DNA of 44,188 nucleotides from a virus. Lineage: Duplodnaviria > Heunggongvirae > Uroviricota > Caudoviricetes. The translations under genes were made by a program, and so were the position numbers. Shown piece by piece: positions 9,469 through 18,557 of this stretch. The stretch lies in the IMG/VR virus record IMGVR_UViG_2541047701_000003, one strand, 5' to 3'. Position 1 is the stretch's first letter. The number at the start of each line of letters is the position of its first letter. A model generated the notes under the pieces. The model was not told where the DNA came from, ran no database searches, and saw only the letters and a list, made by a program, of their open reading frames with translations.

Positions 9469-9887
9469 AAATCAGGCATGAGCACATCGAATCAGTGTTG
9501 TTAGCCCTGGCAGCCGAAAAAGGGCAGGCGTGGGTCGCTAACGCAATTACTGAAGAATATCTGCGCCAGGGGGGCGGCGAATTGCCCCTTGTACCAGGCA
9601 AGGACTGGAACAATCAGCAGAATATCTATCACCGTTGGTTGAAAGGTGAAACGAAAGCGCAAAGGGAAAAAATTCAGAAACTGATCCCTGCGGTTCTGGC
9701 AATTCTTCCGCGCGAGCTGCGTCACCGACTCTGCATCTTCGATACCCTGGAACGCCGTGCATTACTGGCGGCGCAGGAAGCGTTGAGTACGGCAATTGAT
9801 GCGCATGATGATGCAGTCCAGGCCGTTTACCGGAAAGCACATTTCAGCGGTGGTGGGTCGCCCGGCGATTCTGTCGTAGTGCATTGA
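9465..9887 (+). CDS. YdaT-like protein (early regulator/toxin family of Rac)
   Basis: 140 aa, ATGA-coupled to Cro-like gene; size and position match ydaT of Rac. Confidence 0.5.
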   Translation: MKIRHEHIESVLLALAAEKGQAWVANAITEEYLRQGGGELPLVPGKDWNNQQNIYHRWLKGETKAQREKIQKLIPAVLAILPRELRHRLCIFDTLERRALLAAQEALSTAIDAHDDAVQAVYRKAHFSGGGSPGDSVVVH

Positions 9888-9932
9888 TTGAAATTAATCG
9901 TGCCGGATTGTTTTGTTCGGTATCAGTTAAAT

Positions 9933-10350
9933 GTAACGCTGCGAGCGTTACAAGGTGAAAACAAATGGCTTCAAACTGGATAAAGCTCGAGGTTATTACG
10001 CCGGATAAGCCGGAAATATTCAGGCTTGCTGAGATTCTGAATATTGATCCAGATGCCGCATTAGGGAAGGTTATTCGCTTCTGGGCATGGGCGGATCAAC
10101 AAATGATAGACGGTAATGCAGATTGTAACGCTCGCGGCGTTACAAAAAGTGCAATAGATCGCATCACTTTTATGGCTGGTTTTGCTGATGCGTTAATTCA
10201 GGTTGGATGGCTGGTCGAAAATGACGGTGGGCTTTCTCTACCTAACTTTGAACGTCATAACGGGAAAAGCTCTAAAAAACGGGCGGTTACAAACGAGCGA
10301 GTTACAAAAATACGCGAACTGAAACGAAAAGGTAACGCTGCCAGCGTTAC
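9933..10350. repeat. Iteron-like palindromes, probable origin of replication within and upstream of the initiator gene
   Basis: GTAACGCT-n3-AGCGTTAC at 9933..9951, 10125..10143, 10332..10350 plus GTTACAAA direct repeats at 10286 and 10301. Confidence 0.45.
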
Positions 10351-11095
10351 ACAAACGGATCAAAAAGCGTTACCAGAGGAAGAGGAAGAGGAAGATATAA
10401 ATACTGATCTAACCCATCCCAAACCCTTCCCTTCCGGAAGGGAGTTCCGGGATTTTGTGGCTGGAGTGCTTGAGGGGAGATTATCTGGCGGTACTGCAGC
10501 GGAATTTTGTAATTCTGCGGTGGTTGCGTTGCAGGCTGCTGGCCTGGATGTCTGTCGTGAGTATCCGGTGCCAGAGCGTGGTGACGGCTGCGGAGGGCGG
10601 ATTGATATCGTCGTGACTGACAGGAACGGTGTCCGGTGTGGGATCGAGCTTGACCGAAATTCTCCGCGACAGAAATCACTGCTCAAAATCAGTGCTGTTG
10701 AAACCGGGATATGTGTCTTGCGGCGCAGTGATATCGCAAGGCACACCGAGCAGGGAATTCTGGTTATCGGTGGGGCTGTTCGCCAGAAAAAATTTGACCC
10801 GTTGTCTGTTGATCTGCCCGACTGGTTGCCAGAAACACTCTGGCATGAGTGGGTTCAGTTCAGGCAGGCATTGCGAAAACCGATTCGAACGGAGCAGGGC
10901 GCTAACGGGGCGATACGGGAGCTGGAAAAATTCCGCCAGCAGGGTTTTACCCCTGAGCAGGTGATTAGACACAGCATCGCCAATGAATACCAGGGCTTGT
11001 TCGCGCCGAAAGGCGTTCGGCCTGAGACGTTACTCCGACAGGTTAACACCGTCTCGTTTCCAGACAGTGCTATCCCGCCAGGCTTCAGGGGGTAA
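9965..11095 (+). CDS. Phage replication initiator (lambda O-like role)
   Basis: 376 aa; contains iterons in its 5' part, acidic EEEEEED linker, followed by DnaC-like loader. Confidence 0.6.
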   Translation: MASNWIKLEVITPDKPEIFRLAEILNIDPDAALGKVIRFWAWADQQMIDGNADCNARGVTKSAIDRITFMAGFADALIQVGWLVENDGGLSLPNFERHNGKSSKKRAVTNERVTKIRELKRKGNAASVTQTDQKALPEEEEEEDINTDLTHPKPFPSGREFRDFVAGVLEGRLSGGTAAEFCNSAVVALQAAGLDVCREYPVPERGDGCGGRIDIVVTDRNGVRCGIELDRNSPRQKSLLKISAVETGICVLRRSDIARHTEQGILVIGGAVRQKKFDPLSVDLPDWLPETLWHEWVQFRQALRKPIRTEQGANGAIRELEKFRQQGFTPEQVIRHSIANEYQGLFAPKGVRPETLLRQVNTVSFPDSAIPPGFRG

Positions 11096-11101
11096 CAGAC
11101 C

Positions 11102-11848
11102 ATGAAAAATATTGCGACAGGAGGCGTTCTGGAGCGTATCCGCAGACTGGCCCCACCACATGTAACCGCCCCATTCAGAACGGTTGCGGAGTGGCGCGAG
11201 TGGCAACTTGCTGAAGGCCAGAAACGTAGCGAGGAGATCAACCGCCTGAATCGTCAGTTGCGGGTGGAAAAAATTCTGAATCGCTCAGGCATCCAGCCGT
11301 TGCACCGTAAATGCTCGTTTGCGAATTACCAGGTGCAGAACGACGGCCAGCGATACGCGTTAAGCCAGGCGAAATCCATCGCCGATGAACTGATGACCGG
11401 GTGTACAAATTTTGCGTTCAGCGGAAAACCTGGTACCGGGAAGAATCACTTAGCGGCAGCTATCGGGAATCGCCTGCTGAAAGACGGTCAGACAGTGATT
11501 GTGGTTACCGTGGCTGATGTTATGAGCGCCCTGCACGCCAGCTATGACGACGGGCAGTCAGGCGAAAAATTTTTGCGGGAGCTGTGCGAAGTGGATCTGC
11601 TGGTTCTTGATGAAATTGGCATTCAGCGCGAGACGAAAAACGAGCAGGTGGTGCTGCATCAGATTGTTGATCGCCGGACAGCGTCGATGCGCAGCGTGGG
11701 GATGCTGACAAACCTGAACTATGAGGCCATGAAAACATTGCTCGGCGAGCGGATTATGGATCGCATGACCATGAACGGCGGGCGATGGGTGAATTTTAAC
11801 TGGGAGAGCTGGCGTCCGAATGTTGGTCAGCCAGGAATTGCGAAGTAA
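11102..11848 (+). CDS. DnaC/IstB-like AAA+ helicase loader
   Basis: 248 aa; Walker [16 protein letters not shown] and Walker B LLVLDEIG. Confidence 0.75.
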   Translation: MKNIATGGVLERIRRLAPPHVTAPFRTVAEWREWQLAEGQKRSEEINRLNRQLRVEKILNRSGIQPLHRKCSFANYQVQNDGQRYALSQAKSIADELMTGCTNFAFSGKPGTGKNHLAAAIGNRLLKDGQTVIVVTVADVMSALHASYDDGQSGEKFLRELCEVDLLVLDEIGIQRETKNEQVVLHQIVDRRTASMRSVGMLTNLNYEAMKTLLGERIMDRMTMNGGRWVNFNWESWRPNVGQPGIAK

Positions 11849-11870
11849 TTTTTACCGGGAGGAAATTTTA

Positions 11871-12632
11871 ATGGAGACTGTTTTTGACGCCCTGAAAGCA
11901 ATGGGAAAAGCCACATCCATAGAACTTGCTGCGCGACTTGATATCAGTCGTGAAGAAGTGCTGAGCGAACTATGGGAACTGAAAAAGGCTGGTTTTGTTG
12001 ATAAAAGCGCGTACACCTGGCGTGTGGCTGATAACAACGTTCAGCAGGAACAGCCAGCGCAGGCAGAACAGCCGGAAGAAACTACCACGGCAACAGTAGC
12101 GAAAATCTCAGAGTGCGATTTAACCGCGACGATTGAACAACGCGGACCACAAACGGCGGATGAGCTGGCTGCGTTGTTCGGTACCACATCACGCAAAGTA
12201 GCTTCAACGCTGGCAATGGCAATCAGCAAGGGGCGTCTGATTCGCGTAAGTCAGAACGGTAAATTTCGTTACTGCATACCGGGCGATAATTTACCAGCAG
12301 AGCCGAAAGCTGCATCGGTAACGGAAACTGATGGTAAGGCCTTTCCTCAGCCCGCAGGTGTTGCGTTACCAGTACAGGAAGCGGCAACACAGGAAGATAT
12401 TAAAACAGAAACTGTGGCGGACATTGTGCAGTCGTTGCCATCGTTTACTGAAATGCAAGCGGATGACCTGATTTTACCATCACTGCATATGGCAAACCGC
12501 GAGCTGCGCCGGGCAAAAGGTCAGGTTCAGAAGTGGGAGCGAGTCTGCGCCGCGCTGCGGGAGCTGAATAAACACCGGGATATTTTCAGTTCGATTGCTG
12601 ATATTCCGGTTCATTCACCGACAACAAAGTGA
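11871..12632 (+). CDS. Hypothetical protein with two winged-helix-like segments
   Basis: 253 aa from ATG with GGGAGG SD (METVFDAL...). Confidence 0.5.
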   Translation: METVFDALKAMGKATSIELAARLDISREEVLSELWELKKAGFVDKSAYTWRVADNNVQQEQPAQAEQPEETTTATVAKISECDLTATIEQRGPQTADELAALFGTTSRKVASTLAMAISKGRLIRVSQNGKFRYCIPGDNLPAEPKAASVTETDGKAFPQPAGVALPVQEAATQEDIKTETVADIVQSLPSFTEMQADDLILPSLHMANRELRRAKGQVQKWERVCAALRELNKHRDIFSSIADIPVHSPTTK

Positions 12633-12647
12633 TCTCCGGAGGTGCTT

Positions 12648-13070
12648 ATGACAAGAGCATTTACACCAGAAGAGCGGGAAAAAATTAAGGGGCTGATCGT
12701 GGAATTCGTACGCCTTAACGGACGAGGCACGATTCGGCAGTTATCGGATGAAATTGGTGTCAGTCATGCGTCTGTCGGTCGTTTATGCATGGAGCTGGCC
12801 GCCAGTGGTGATGTTTACAATTCCGGTTACGGAGTATTCCCGTCTGAGCAGGCGCGCAAGGACTGGCAAAACGCCCGCAAAAAACTCTCAAGGGCAAAGC
12901 TGAAGAAACCATCTGTGGTTGATCCGGACCTTATCTGGCTATTACCAGACGGCGAAATACGCCGCTACGACAGGCGCCTAAACATAATCTGTCGCGAGTG
13001 CCGGAAGAGTGAAGCTATGCAGCGTGTACTGGCTTTCTATCAGGGTAATTTTCAGGAGACGGTACTGTGA
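12648..13070 (+). CDS. Hypothetical protein
   Basis: 140 aa from ATG with GGAGG SD (MTRAFTPEE...). Confidence 0.5.
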   Translation: MTRAFTPEEREKIKGLIVEFVRLNGRGTIRQLSDEIGVSHASVGRLCMELAASGDVYNSGYGVFPSEQARKDWQNARKKLSRAKLKKPSVVDPDLIWLLPDGEIRRYDRRLNIICRECRKSEAMQRVLAFYQGNFQETVL

Positions 13071-13127
13071 GTGAAATTAGCTATCAGGCTTCAATTACCG
13101 CTGGCATTCGCATCAAAGGAGAGGAGC

Positions 13128-13484
13128 ATGGAAATAAAACCAGAGGATGAGTTAAGCAATATCGTTTTATTTCCGGTAAAAGAGGATGACCCTCGTAATC
13201 AGGTTAATTTTCTTTATGAGCCATCGGAAAGACCATATTGTCATCACGCCTCTGTCCGGGTTGACGAAAAAGAGCGTCAGGTCCGCTGTAAAATCTGCGG
13301 TGCAGTTGTGGAGCCATTTGACTGGATGCTCTCTGTGGCGAAAAGAGAAACTAGGCTGGCAGATGATGTAAAGCTATTGCGCCAGGAGGAACAGGAAAGG
13401 CGGAAAAATATAGAAAAGTTAATTCAGATTGAGCGTAACGCGAAAGCGCGGATACGCAGGGTGACAAAATCCAGAACTGAATAA
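13128..13484 (+). CDS. Hypothetical zinc-ribbon protein
   Basis: 118 aa from ATG with AAAGGAGAGGAG SD; CHH...CKIC motif. Confidence 0.45.
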   Translation: MEIKPEDELSNIVLFPVKEDDPRNQVNFLYEPSERPYCHHASVRVDEKERQVRCKICGAVVEPFDWMLSVAKRETRLADDVKLLRQEEQERRKNIEKLIQIERNAKARIRRVTKSRTE

Positions 13485-13579
13485 TTAAATTTAGCACTGT
13501 AAATAAAATCAAATCCTTAACCGGAGGGATTTCTGCACCCTCAGAACATCAGGAGGCCGTCCGAAAGGGCGGTAGTGAA

Positions 13580-13762
13580 ATGCGAAAACTCAAAATAATT
13601 ATTGAAACGGGAATAGCCGGTGGAGATTTCGAGGATGAATTCGAAGTGGATGATGATGCAACACCAGATGAAATACAGGATGAAGCTAAAGATATTTTCT
13701 TTAACTACTGCAATTACTCATACCACGAAATAAAAGACGAAGAGGAAGAACAAAATGGCTGA
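13580..13762 (+). CDS. Hypothetical acidic small protein
   Basis: 60-aa ORF, very acidic; weak RBS. Confidence 0.3.
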   Translation: MRKLKIIIETGIAGGDFEDEFEVDDDATPDEIQDEAKDIFFNYCNYSYHEIKDEEEEQNG

Positions 13763-13931
13763 TTTTGGTTCAACTAAATATAACGCCAGTTTTGAAGAAT
13801 GGCATGAACTGTTAATGGATTATGCAGAGTTACGCGGTGGAAGTGCCGCTGATGCTGAAGCATGGCGTGATGATTATGAAGCAGGGAAAACACCGGTCGA
13901 AGCATATTGTGATGAGTGGGGCGATGAATGA
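13755..13931 (+). CDS. Hypothetical small protein (not in ORF track)
   Basis: 58-aa ORF MADFGSTKYNASFEEWHELL...; start overlaps previous stop and its stop overlaps the next ATG. Confidence 0.35.
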   Translation: MADFGSTKYNASFEEWHELLMDYAELRGGSAADAEAWRDDYEAGKTPVEAYCDEWGDE

Positions 13932-14287
13932 GCGAGATTAATTATCAGGAAGGGCATGAAAAGGCAGGGCAGGCAAAACCAGTGGCATGGCGATATCGCT
14001 ACGTGAAAAAAGGCGTTACAGACTTTCAGGGGAAGCAGTGGGTTGGTGACTGGAAATATGTCCCGACAAAAGAGGATTGTAACGACAGACCAAACTATGA
14101 AATTCAGGCGTTATTCACGGCCCCGCCAGCTTCGGTGACATCAGAAGGACTGGTTAAAGCTGTGCGCTTTTATGAACAGGTACGGCGTGAGGATCCGCCA
14201 GTTGAAACCGGAGCATGGAAAGACGCTATTGACTGGGTGCTCAAAGAGGCTTGCCTGGCTGTAAATATAGGCATCAAAGGAGGGTGA
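13928..14287 (+). CDS. Hypothetical protein
   Basis: 119-aa ORF, translationally coupled. Confidence 0.5.
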   Translation: MSEINYQEGHEKAGQAKPVAWRYRYVKKGVTDFQGKQWVGDWKYVPTKEDCNDRPNYEIQALFTAPPASVTSEGLVKAVRFYEQVRREDPPVETGAWKDAIDWVLKEACLAVNIGIKGG

Positions 14288-14288
14288 T

Positions 14289-14576
14289 ATGGCAACTTTG
14301 CAGGAATTAATCGACCTGACGCCAGAACAGGAAAAAGCGTGGAATCGCCTTGTAAAGGCTGTAAAGGATTTCAGGGCAGCCGGAGGAAAGTTTTATAGCG
14401 TCCTGGACACGCTGAGCGCATACAACGGCGAGCACGTTGCCAGCATTGATAACGATAAGGGCTACCACACTGCAAGCGTCTATATGCCTAGCATTGATGC
14501 GCCAGGGCTAACCAGTTGGGCTGATGATTGGCACGGCATCACGCTGAAAGATGGGGTTGAAGTGGATGAGGACTAA
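14289..14576 (+). CDS. Hypothetical protein
   Basis: 95-aa ORF with GGAGGG SD. Confidence 0.5.
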   Translation: MATLQELIDLTPEQEKAWNRLVKAVKDFRAAGGKFYSVLDTLSAYNGEHVASIDNDKGYHTASVYMPSIDAPGLTSWADDWHGITLKDGVEVDED

Positions 14577-14579
14577 CAC

Positions 14580-14750
14580 ATGACTACTTTTACCGACAAA
14601 GAACTGATTAAAGAAATCAAAGAGCGCATAGGCAGCCTGGACGTCCGAGACAATATTGAGCGTCGGGCTTATGAAATTGCGCTGGCATCGCTGGAAGCAG
14701 AGCCGGTTGTGTTCTGGTTTGAAAAATATCAAGAAGGGGCTACGGCATGA
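14580..14750 (+). CDS. Hypothetical small protein, paralog of N-terminus of next gene (not in ORF track)
   Basis: 56-aa [21 protein letters not shown]...[10 protein letters not shown]; ATGA-coupled to next gene. Confidence 0.4.
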   Translation: MTTFTDKELIKEIKERIGSLDVRDNIERRAYEIALASLEAEPVVFWFEKYQEGATA

Positions 14751-15091
14751 CGACTTTTACCAGAGAGCAGTTAATAGCTCACGCAGAGGAGACTATTGAA
14801 GCACAGAGACTGTGCATACCGGGCACAATCGACCATGACATCATCCGCACATATAAGATGGATATTGCTGTTCTGGAAATCGCACTGGTATCGCTGGCAG
14901 CAGAGCCAGCCGGTAAATTGCATGAATACAAACCAGTGGGATATCAGCGTCTGGTCGATGAGTTAACCATGCTGGTAAAGCAGTTAACCTGGCAACTGAG
15001 GAAAGCGAAGCCAGACTGCAAATTACCGGATAAGGCGATGAGTTATCTGGAGCGGAACGGACTGATAAGCGTGGAGGATATTTTACGATGA
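14747..15091 (+). CDS. Hypothetical protein
   Basis: 114-aa [18 protein letters not shown]...[10 protein letters not shown]. Confidence 0.5.
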   Translation: MTTFTREQLIAHAEETIEAQRLCIPGTIDHDIIRTYKMDIAVLEIALVSLAAEPAGKLHEYKPVGYQRLVDELTMLVKQLTWQLRKAKPDCKLPDKAMSYLERNGLISVEDILR

Positions 15092-15171
15092 CCTGGCCTG
15101 AAGCATTAACAACGGTAGGAATTGCGATGGCGGTGACGCTGATGGTGTATTCGATTTGCCGCTGGGGATAA
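15088..15171 (+). CDS. Possible small hydrophobic membrane peptide (27 aa)
   Basis: [27 protein letters not shown]; GGAGGA SD; ATGA overlap with upstream stop. Confidence 0.25.
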   Translation: MTWPEALTTVGIAMAVTLMVYSICRWG

Positions 15172-15325
15172 AAACGGTTTGCGGGAAAAGGAGAGTTAAG
15201 TAGAATTGCTGCGGGTGCTTGAGGCTATCTGTCTCAGGCATGAACACCAAAAGGCAGATAGAGAAAAGCCCCAGTTAACATTACGCGTCCTGCAAGACGC
15301 TTAACATTAATCTGAGGCCCAATCT

Positions 15326-15538
15326 ATGTCTCACAAATGTAGGTTAGCCTCTTACGTGCCGAAAGGCAAGGAGAAGCAGGCTATGAAGCAGCAAAAGGCG
15401 ATGTTAATCGCCCTGATCGTCATCTGTTTAACCGTCATAGTGACGGCACTGGTAACGAGGAAAGACCTCTGCGAGGTACGAATCCGAACCGGCCAGACGG
15501 AGGTCGCTGTCTTCACAGCTTACGAACCTGAGGAGTAA
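15326..15538 (+). CDS. mok: Mok-like reading frame (N-terminal extension of hok)
   Basis: 70-aa ORF in frame with hok, as in chromosomal mok/hok loci. Confidence 0.45.
   Translation: MSHKCRLASYVPKGKEKQAMKQQKAMLIALIVICLTVIVTALVTRKDLCEVRIRTGQTEVAVFTAYEPEE
15383..15538 (+). CDS. hok: Hok/Gef-family type I toxin
   Basis: 51 aa MKQQKAMLIALIVICLTVIVTALVTRKDLCEVRIRTGQTEVAVFTAYEPEE, typical Hok sequence; 5'/3' fold-back complementarity in flanking RNA. Confidence 0.75.
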   Translation: MKQQKAMLIALIVICLTVIVTALVTRKDLCEVRIRTGQTEVAVFTAYEPEE

Positions 15539-15608
15539 GAGACCAGGCGGGGGAGAAATCCCTCGCCACCTCTGATGTGTCAGGCATCCTCAACGCACCC
15601 GCACTTAA

Positions 15609-15628
15609 CCCGCTTCGGCGGGTTTTTT
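15609..15628 (+). terminator. Rho-independent terminator of hok mRNA
   Basis: CCCGC-ttcg-GCGGG followed by TTTTTT. Confidence 0.6.
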
Positions 15629-15813
15629 GTTGCGCGCTGAATACGCAGGGTGAAAAATAACCATATATTTGATTATATACACAACAAAAAATAAAAGTCA
15701 TTGTATCTGCACATTAAATAATCAAATATACGGCGTGAAATAAATATTTTTCAGATTAATATTTTTGTCTCTATGTGGATATAACCGTTTGTACTTATAA
15801 ACTCGGAGGCATC

Positions 15814-16026
15814 GTGGAAAAAATAAAGAAACTATTTAGTTGCAAATACGCAGTCATACGTCGTGATGACCTGTCAGTTATAGTCGAAATGGATTACTTC
15901 CCTGAAACCCCAAAATCAATGATGTATCGTAATGGTCGAAAGGCAATTTTTTTACCGATGAGGTTAAGTGACATTATGGGAAATGATAAACTGCTGGATG
16001 AATTGCGAGTCAGAGCATCCTGTTAG
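15814..16026 (+). CDS. Hypothetical protein downstream of an AT-rich promoter region
   Basis: 70 aa from GTG with GGAGG SD; start uncertain (ORF track begins at 15775). Confidence 0.35.
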   Translation: MEKIKKLFSCKYAVIRRDDLSVIVEMDYFPETPKSMMYRNGRKAIFLPMRLSDIMGNDKLLDELRVRASC

Positions 16027-16097
16027 TATTGGCATTAATTCTGGTATACTACATAACGGGCTGAACACCCATTCTACTGCGCCAGCGGAGAACTACG

Positions 16098-16697
16098 ATG
16101 GCGCATATACAACTGGTCAAACAAACCTCTTCCGGATTACTTCTCCCGGCGACGCCGGAGAGTTGCGATTTTTTGCATCAAATCAAAATAGGTGAGTGGA
16201 TACACGCAGACTTTAAGCGTGTGCGTAACTACGCATTCCACAAGCGTTTTTTCAAACTCCTGCAACTGGGATTCGATTACTGGACTCCGGTCGGTGGGGC
16301 GATCACGCCTCGCGAACGAAAACTGGTATCAGGCTTCGTTGATTACCTGTGCGAATCAGTAGGTCGGGAACACACTCCAGCCCTGAGTGATGCCGCAGAG
16401 CAATACCTTAATACAGTTGCGACATGCAGAACCCGGGATACGGCATTGCTAAAGTCGTTTGACGCTTTCCGCGAGTGGGTAACCATTCAGGCCGGATTTT
16501 ACACCGAGCATATTTATCCTGATGGTAGTCGTGGGCGCAGGGCAAAATCTATCGCATTTGCGAACATGGACGAAACCGAGTTTCAGCAGGTTTATAAATC
16601 TGTACTGAATGTGCTGTGGAACTGGATCCTGTTCCGTAAATTTTCCTCTCCGGAGGAAGTCGAAAATGTGGCCGCGCAGTTACTGGAGTTTGCGTAA
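16098..16697 (+). CDS. DUF1367-like protein (YbcN-like, nin region)
   Basis: 199 aa; size and synteny with following YbcO-like and Q-like genes as in DLP12-type late control regions; recall-based. Confidence 0.5.
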   Translation: MAHIQLVKQTSSGLLLPATPESCDFLHQIKIGEWIHADFKRVRNYAFHKRFFKLLQLGFDYWTPVGGAITPRERKLVSGFVDYLCESVGREHTPALSDAAEQYLNTVATCRTRDTALLKSFDAFREWVTIQAGFYTEHIYPDGSRGRRAKSIAFANMDETEFQQVYKSVLNVLWNWILFRKFSSPEEVENVAAQLLEFA

Positions 16698-16987
16698 TGG
16701 TGGATTTACGTAAAGCGGCGCGGGGGCAGATGTGCACCGTCAGAATTCCTGGCTACTGCAATCACAATCCCGAAACTTCTGTGCTGGCGCATTACAGGCT
16801 GGCGGGGACGTGCGGAACAGCGACAAAACCACACGATATGCAGGCAGCGATTGCCTGTAGCTCATGCCACGATTTAATCGACGGGCGGGTAAAAACCAGC
16901 GATTACACCAAAGAAGAATTACGCCTGATGCATGCAGAAGGTGTTTTTCGCACACAAGAAATCTGGAGAAAGGAAGGTTATTTATGA
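16697..16987 (+). CDS. DUF1364-like protein (YbcO-like, putative nuclease, Cys-rich)
   Basis: 96 aa with C..C / C..C..H motifs; ATG overlaps previous stop. Confidence 0.5.
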   Translation: MVDLRKAARGQMCTVRIPGYCNHNPETSVLAHYRLAGTCGTATKPHDMQAAIACSSCHDLIDGRVKTSDYTKEELRLMHAEGVFRTQEIWRKEGYL

Positions 16988-17538
16988 TTTACCCAACAAA
17001 TACAGGCAAAAGCGGGGAACACCTTCGTCTCACCACGCTGGAAAGAGTCTGGATTCAGGGAAAACTGCGCATGTGGGGGCGCTGGTCGTATATTGGCGGC
17101 GGTAAGACGGGAAATATGTTCAACCAGTTGCTGACCTCTAAAAAGCTGACAAAAACGGCAATTAACGAGGCGCTCCGGAGGATGAAAAAAGCAGGTCTGG
17201 ACAAACCTGAACTTGAGGCTTTTTTGCGGGATATGATCAACGGCAAGCAAAAAAGCTGGCTGGTGCATTGTACTGATGCAGAGGCGTTATGCATTGATCG
17301 TGTGATTAGTGAAGTGCTGGCAGAACACCCAGGATTGATTTGTATCCTCCGGCAACGATATGAAGGGAGGGGGATGACTAAGCGAAAAATGGCTGAATTG
17401 CTGAATGATTCACACCCTGAGTGGTGTTACGCCACGTGCCGTAATCGCATAGATGCGTGGTTGAAAATGGCAGAGTTTATGCTCTATCTGCCGATGCGTG
17501 ATGCATTCTCTTCCGGGGATCTAAAAACCGTCTGTTGA
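16984..17538 (+). CDS. Late-gene antiterminator Q-like protein
   Basis: 184 aa; RMWGRWSYIGGG motif reminiscent of Q-family; immediately followed by promoter plus terminator (pR'/tR' arrangement). Confidence 0.5.
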   Translation: MIYPTNTGKSGEHLRLTTLERVWIQGKLRMWGRWSYIGGGKTGNMFNQLLTSKKLTKTAINEALRRMKKAGLDKPELEAFLRDMINGKQKSWLVHCTDAEALCIDRVISEVLAEHPGLICILRQRYEGRGMTKRKMAELLNDSHPEWCYATCRNRIDAWLKMAEFMLYLPMRDAFSSGDLKTVC

Positions 17539-17564
17539 CTCAATCTGTTATCCGGGGCTATATT
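17535..17564 (+). promoter_or_regulatory. Candidate late promoter pR'
   Basis: TTGACT (17535..17540) - 18 nt - TATATT (17559..17564) directly after Q stop. Confidence 0.4.
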
Positions 17565-17625
17565 CCTCACGCGCCAGCAAAATCTGGCGTCGGGATTGGC
17601 GTCCTGGATAGAGACCGCGACAGAT

Positions 17626-17648
17626 ACACGCCGCGAGCGTGTTTTTTA
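17626..17648 (+). terminator. Candidate tR' terminator
   Basis: ACACGC-cgcga-GCGTGT followed by TTTTTTATT about 60 nt downstream of the -10. Confidence 0.5.
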
Positions 17649-17808
17649 TTGTCGTATGCACGCGCACATCTGAATTATGGTGGGCTGTGTGGGGGCGGAG
17701 AGATCCGCGCCGGTCGGTTTCCCGGTTACGCCAACCCCGCACAGTTCACCACCAGACGATTGGCGTCGTCGGTGGTGAGTTATTAAGAAACCACCAGAGG
17801 GCGTCATT

Positions 17809-18420
17809 ATGACAACTCAAATTTCTGTTGAAACTCTCTCCCCTATCACCCATAACCAGATTCCTGTTATTACCACCGAACTTTTGGCGCAGCTTTACGG
17901 CACTGAGCCGGTGCGTATTCGCCAGAATCATCATGAGAACAAAGCACGCTTCGTTGAAGGGAAACACTTTTTCAAAGTTGTTGGTAATGACCTTAAAGAA
18001 TTGCGGGTAGCTTTAAACTACTCACAAAATTTGCGGGTTACTTTAAGTAACTCACAAAATTTGCAACCATCTTTAAGAGGGTTACAAATTTCCCCGAAAG
18101 CCCGCTCCCTCATCCTCTGGACAGAACGCGGAGCAGCCCGTCACGCCAAAATGCTCGAAACCGATCAGGCGTGGGATGTGTTCGAAAAACTGGAAGACTG
18201 CTATTTCAGACAAAAGGATCCGTCAGCGCCAGCTTCATGCCAGAAAAGTTACGACACGCGAGTTCTCTGTTATCAGCGAGGCGGTGTCACTGTTTCCACA
18301 ATTCAGTTGCGGGATGATGATATTGTTATTTCCCTTGAGTCATGGCTGGAACTGGCGAGAGCCAATGGTTGGTTTGTTGTTCGCAGAGATAAACTGGTGG
18401 AAAGGTTGATGCAGCTTTAA
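17809..18420 (+). CDS. ORF6N-domain protein (putative antirepressor-like DNA-binding protein)
   Basis: 203 aa; N-terminal ELLAQLYGTEPVRIRQNHHENKARFVEGKHFF resembles ORF6N/KilA-N-type domains; recall-based. Confidence 0.5.
   Translation: MTTQISVETLSPITHNQIPVITTELLAQLYGTEPVRIRQNHHENKARFVEGKHFFKVVGNDLKELRVALNYSQNLRVTLSNSQNLQPSLRGLQISPKARSLILWTERGAARHAKMLETDQAWDVFEKLEDCYFRQKDPSAPASCQKSYDTRVLCYQRGGVTVSTIQLRDDDIVISLESWLELARANGWFVVRRDKLVERLMQL
18001..18090 (+). repeat. Three imperfect 30-bp in-frame tandem repeats inside the ORF6N gene
   Basis: cttta(a)a...ctcacaaaatttgcgggt units at 18011..18040 and 18041..18070 with partial flanking copies; encodes LRVALNYSQN/LRVTLSNSQN. Confidence 0.5.
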
Positions 18421-18516
18421 AAAAGTTCTTGCAATTTTAGCCATAAACTGCTTCAATTCCGGTACGCTTCGCAAAGCTTTATCGCGAGGCGAACCAAGCG
18501 CATGAACTTTACCAGA

Positions 18517-18540
18517 ACCCGCCATTGAGCGGGTTTTGTT
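18517..18540 (+). terminator. Rho-independent terminator
   Basis: ACCCGC-cattga-GCGGGT followed by TTTTGTTGTTT. Confidence 0.45.
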
Positions 18541-18557
18541 GTTTCTGGAGAACACCC

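Noticed and set aside
9547-9840. 97-aa minus-strand ORF overlapping the YdaT-like gene
   Set aside because: Antisense to a well-supported, RBS-preceded plus-strand gene; Pro/Arg/His-rich translation with no start context.
15775-15813. Extended GTG start for the gene at 15814..16026
   Set aside because: The extension begins at GTG with no SD inside an AT-rich promoter-like region; the internal GTG at 15814 has GGAGG upstream, so the shorter gene was preferred (still low confidence).
17535-17786. 83-aa plus-strand ORF and possible tRNA in the Q-to-ORF6N interval
   Set aside because: The ORF spans the pR'-like promoter and tR' terminator and has no RBS. I looked for tRNA hallmarks (T-loop GGTTCGAATCC-type motif, acceptor stem pairing) in the GC-rich stretch 17650..17800 and found none.
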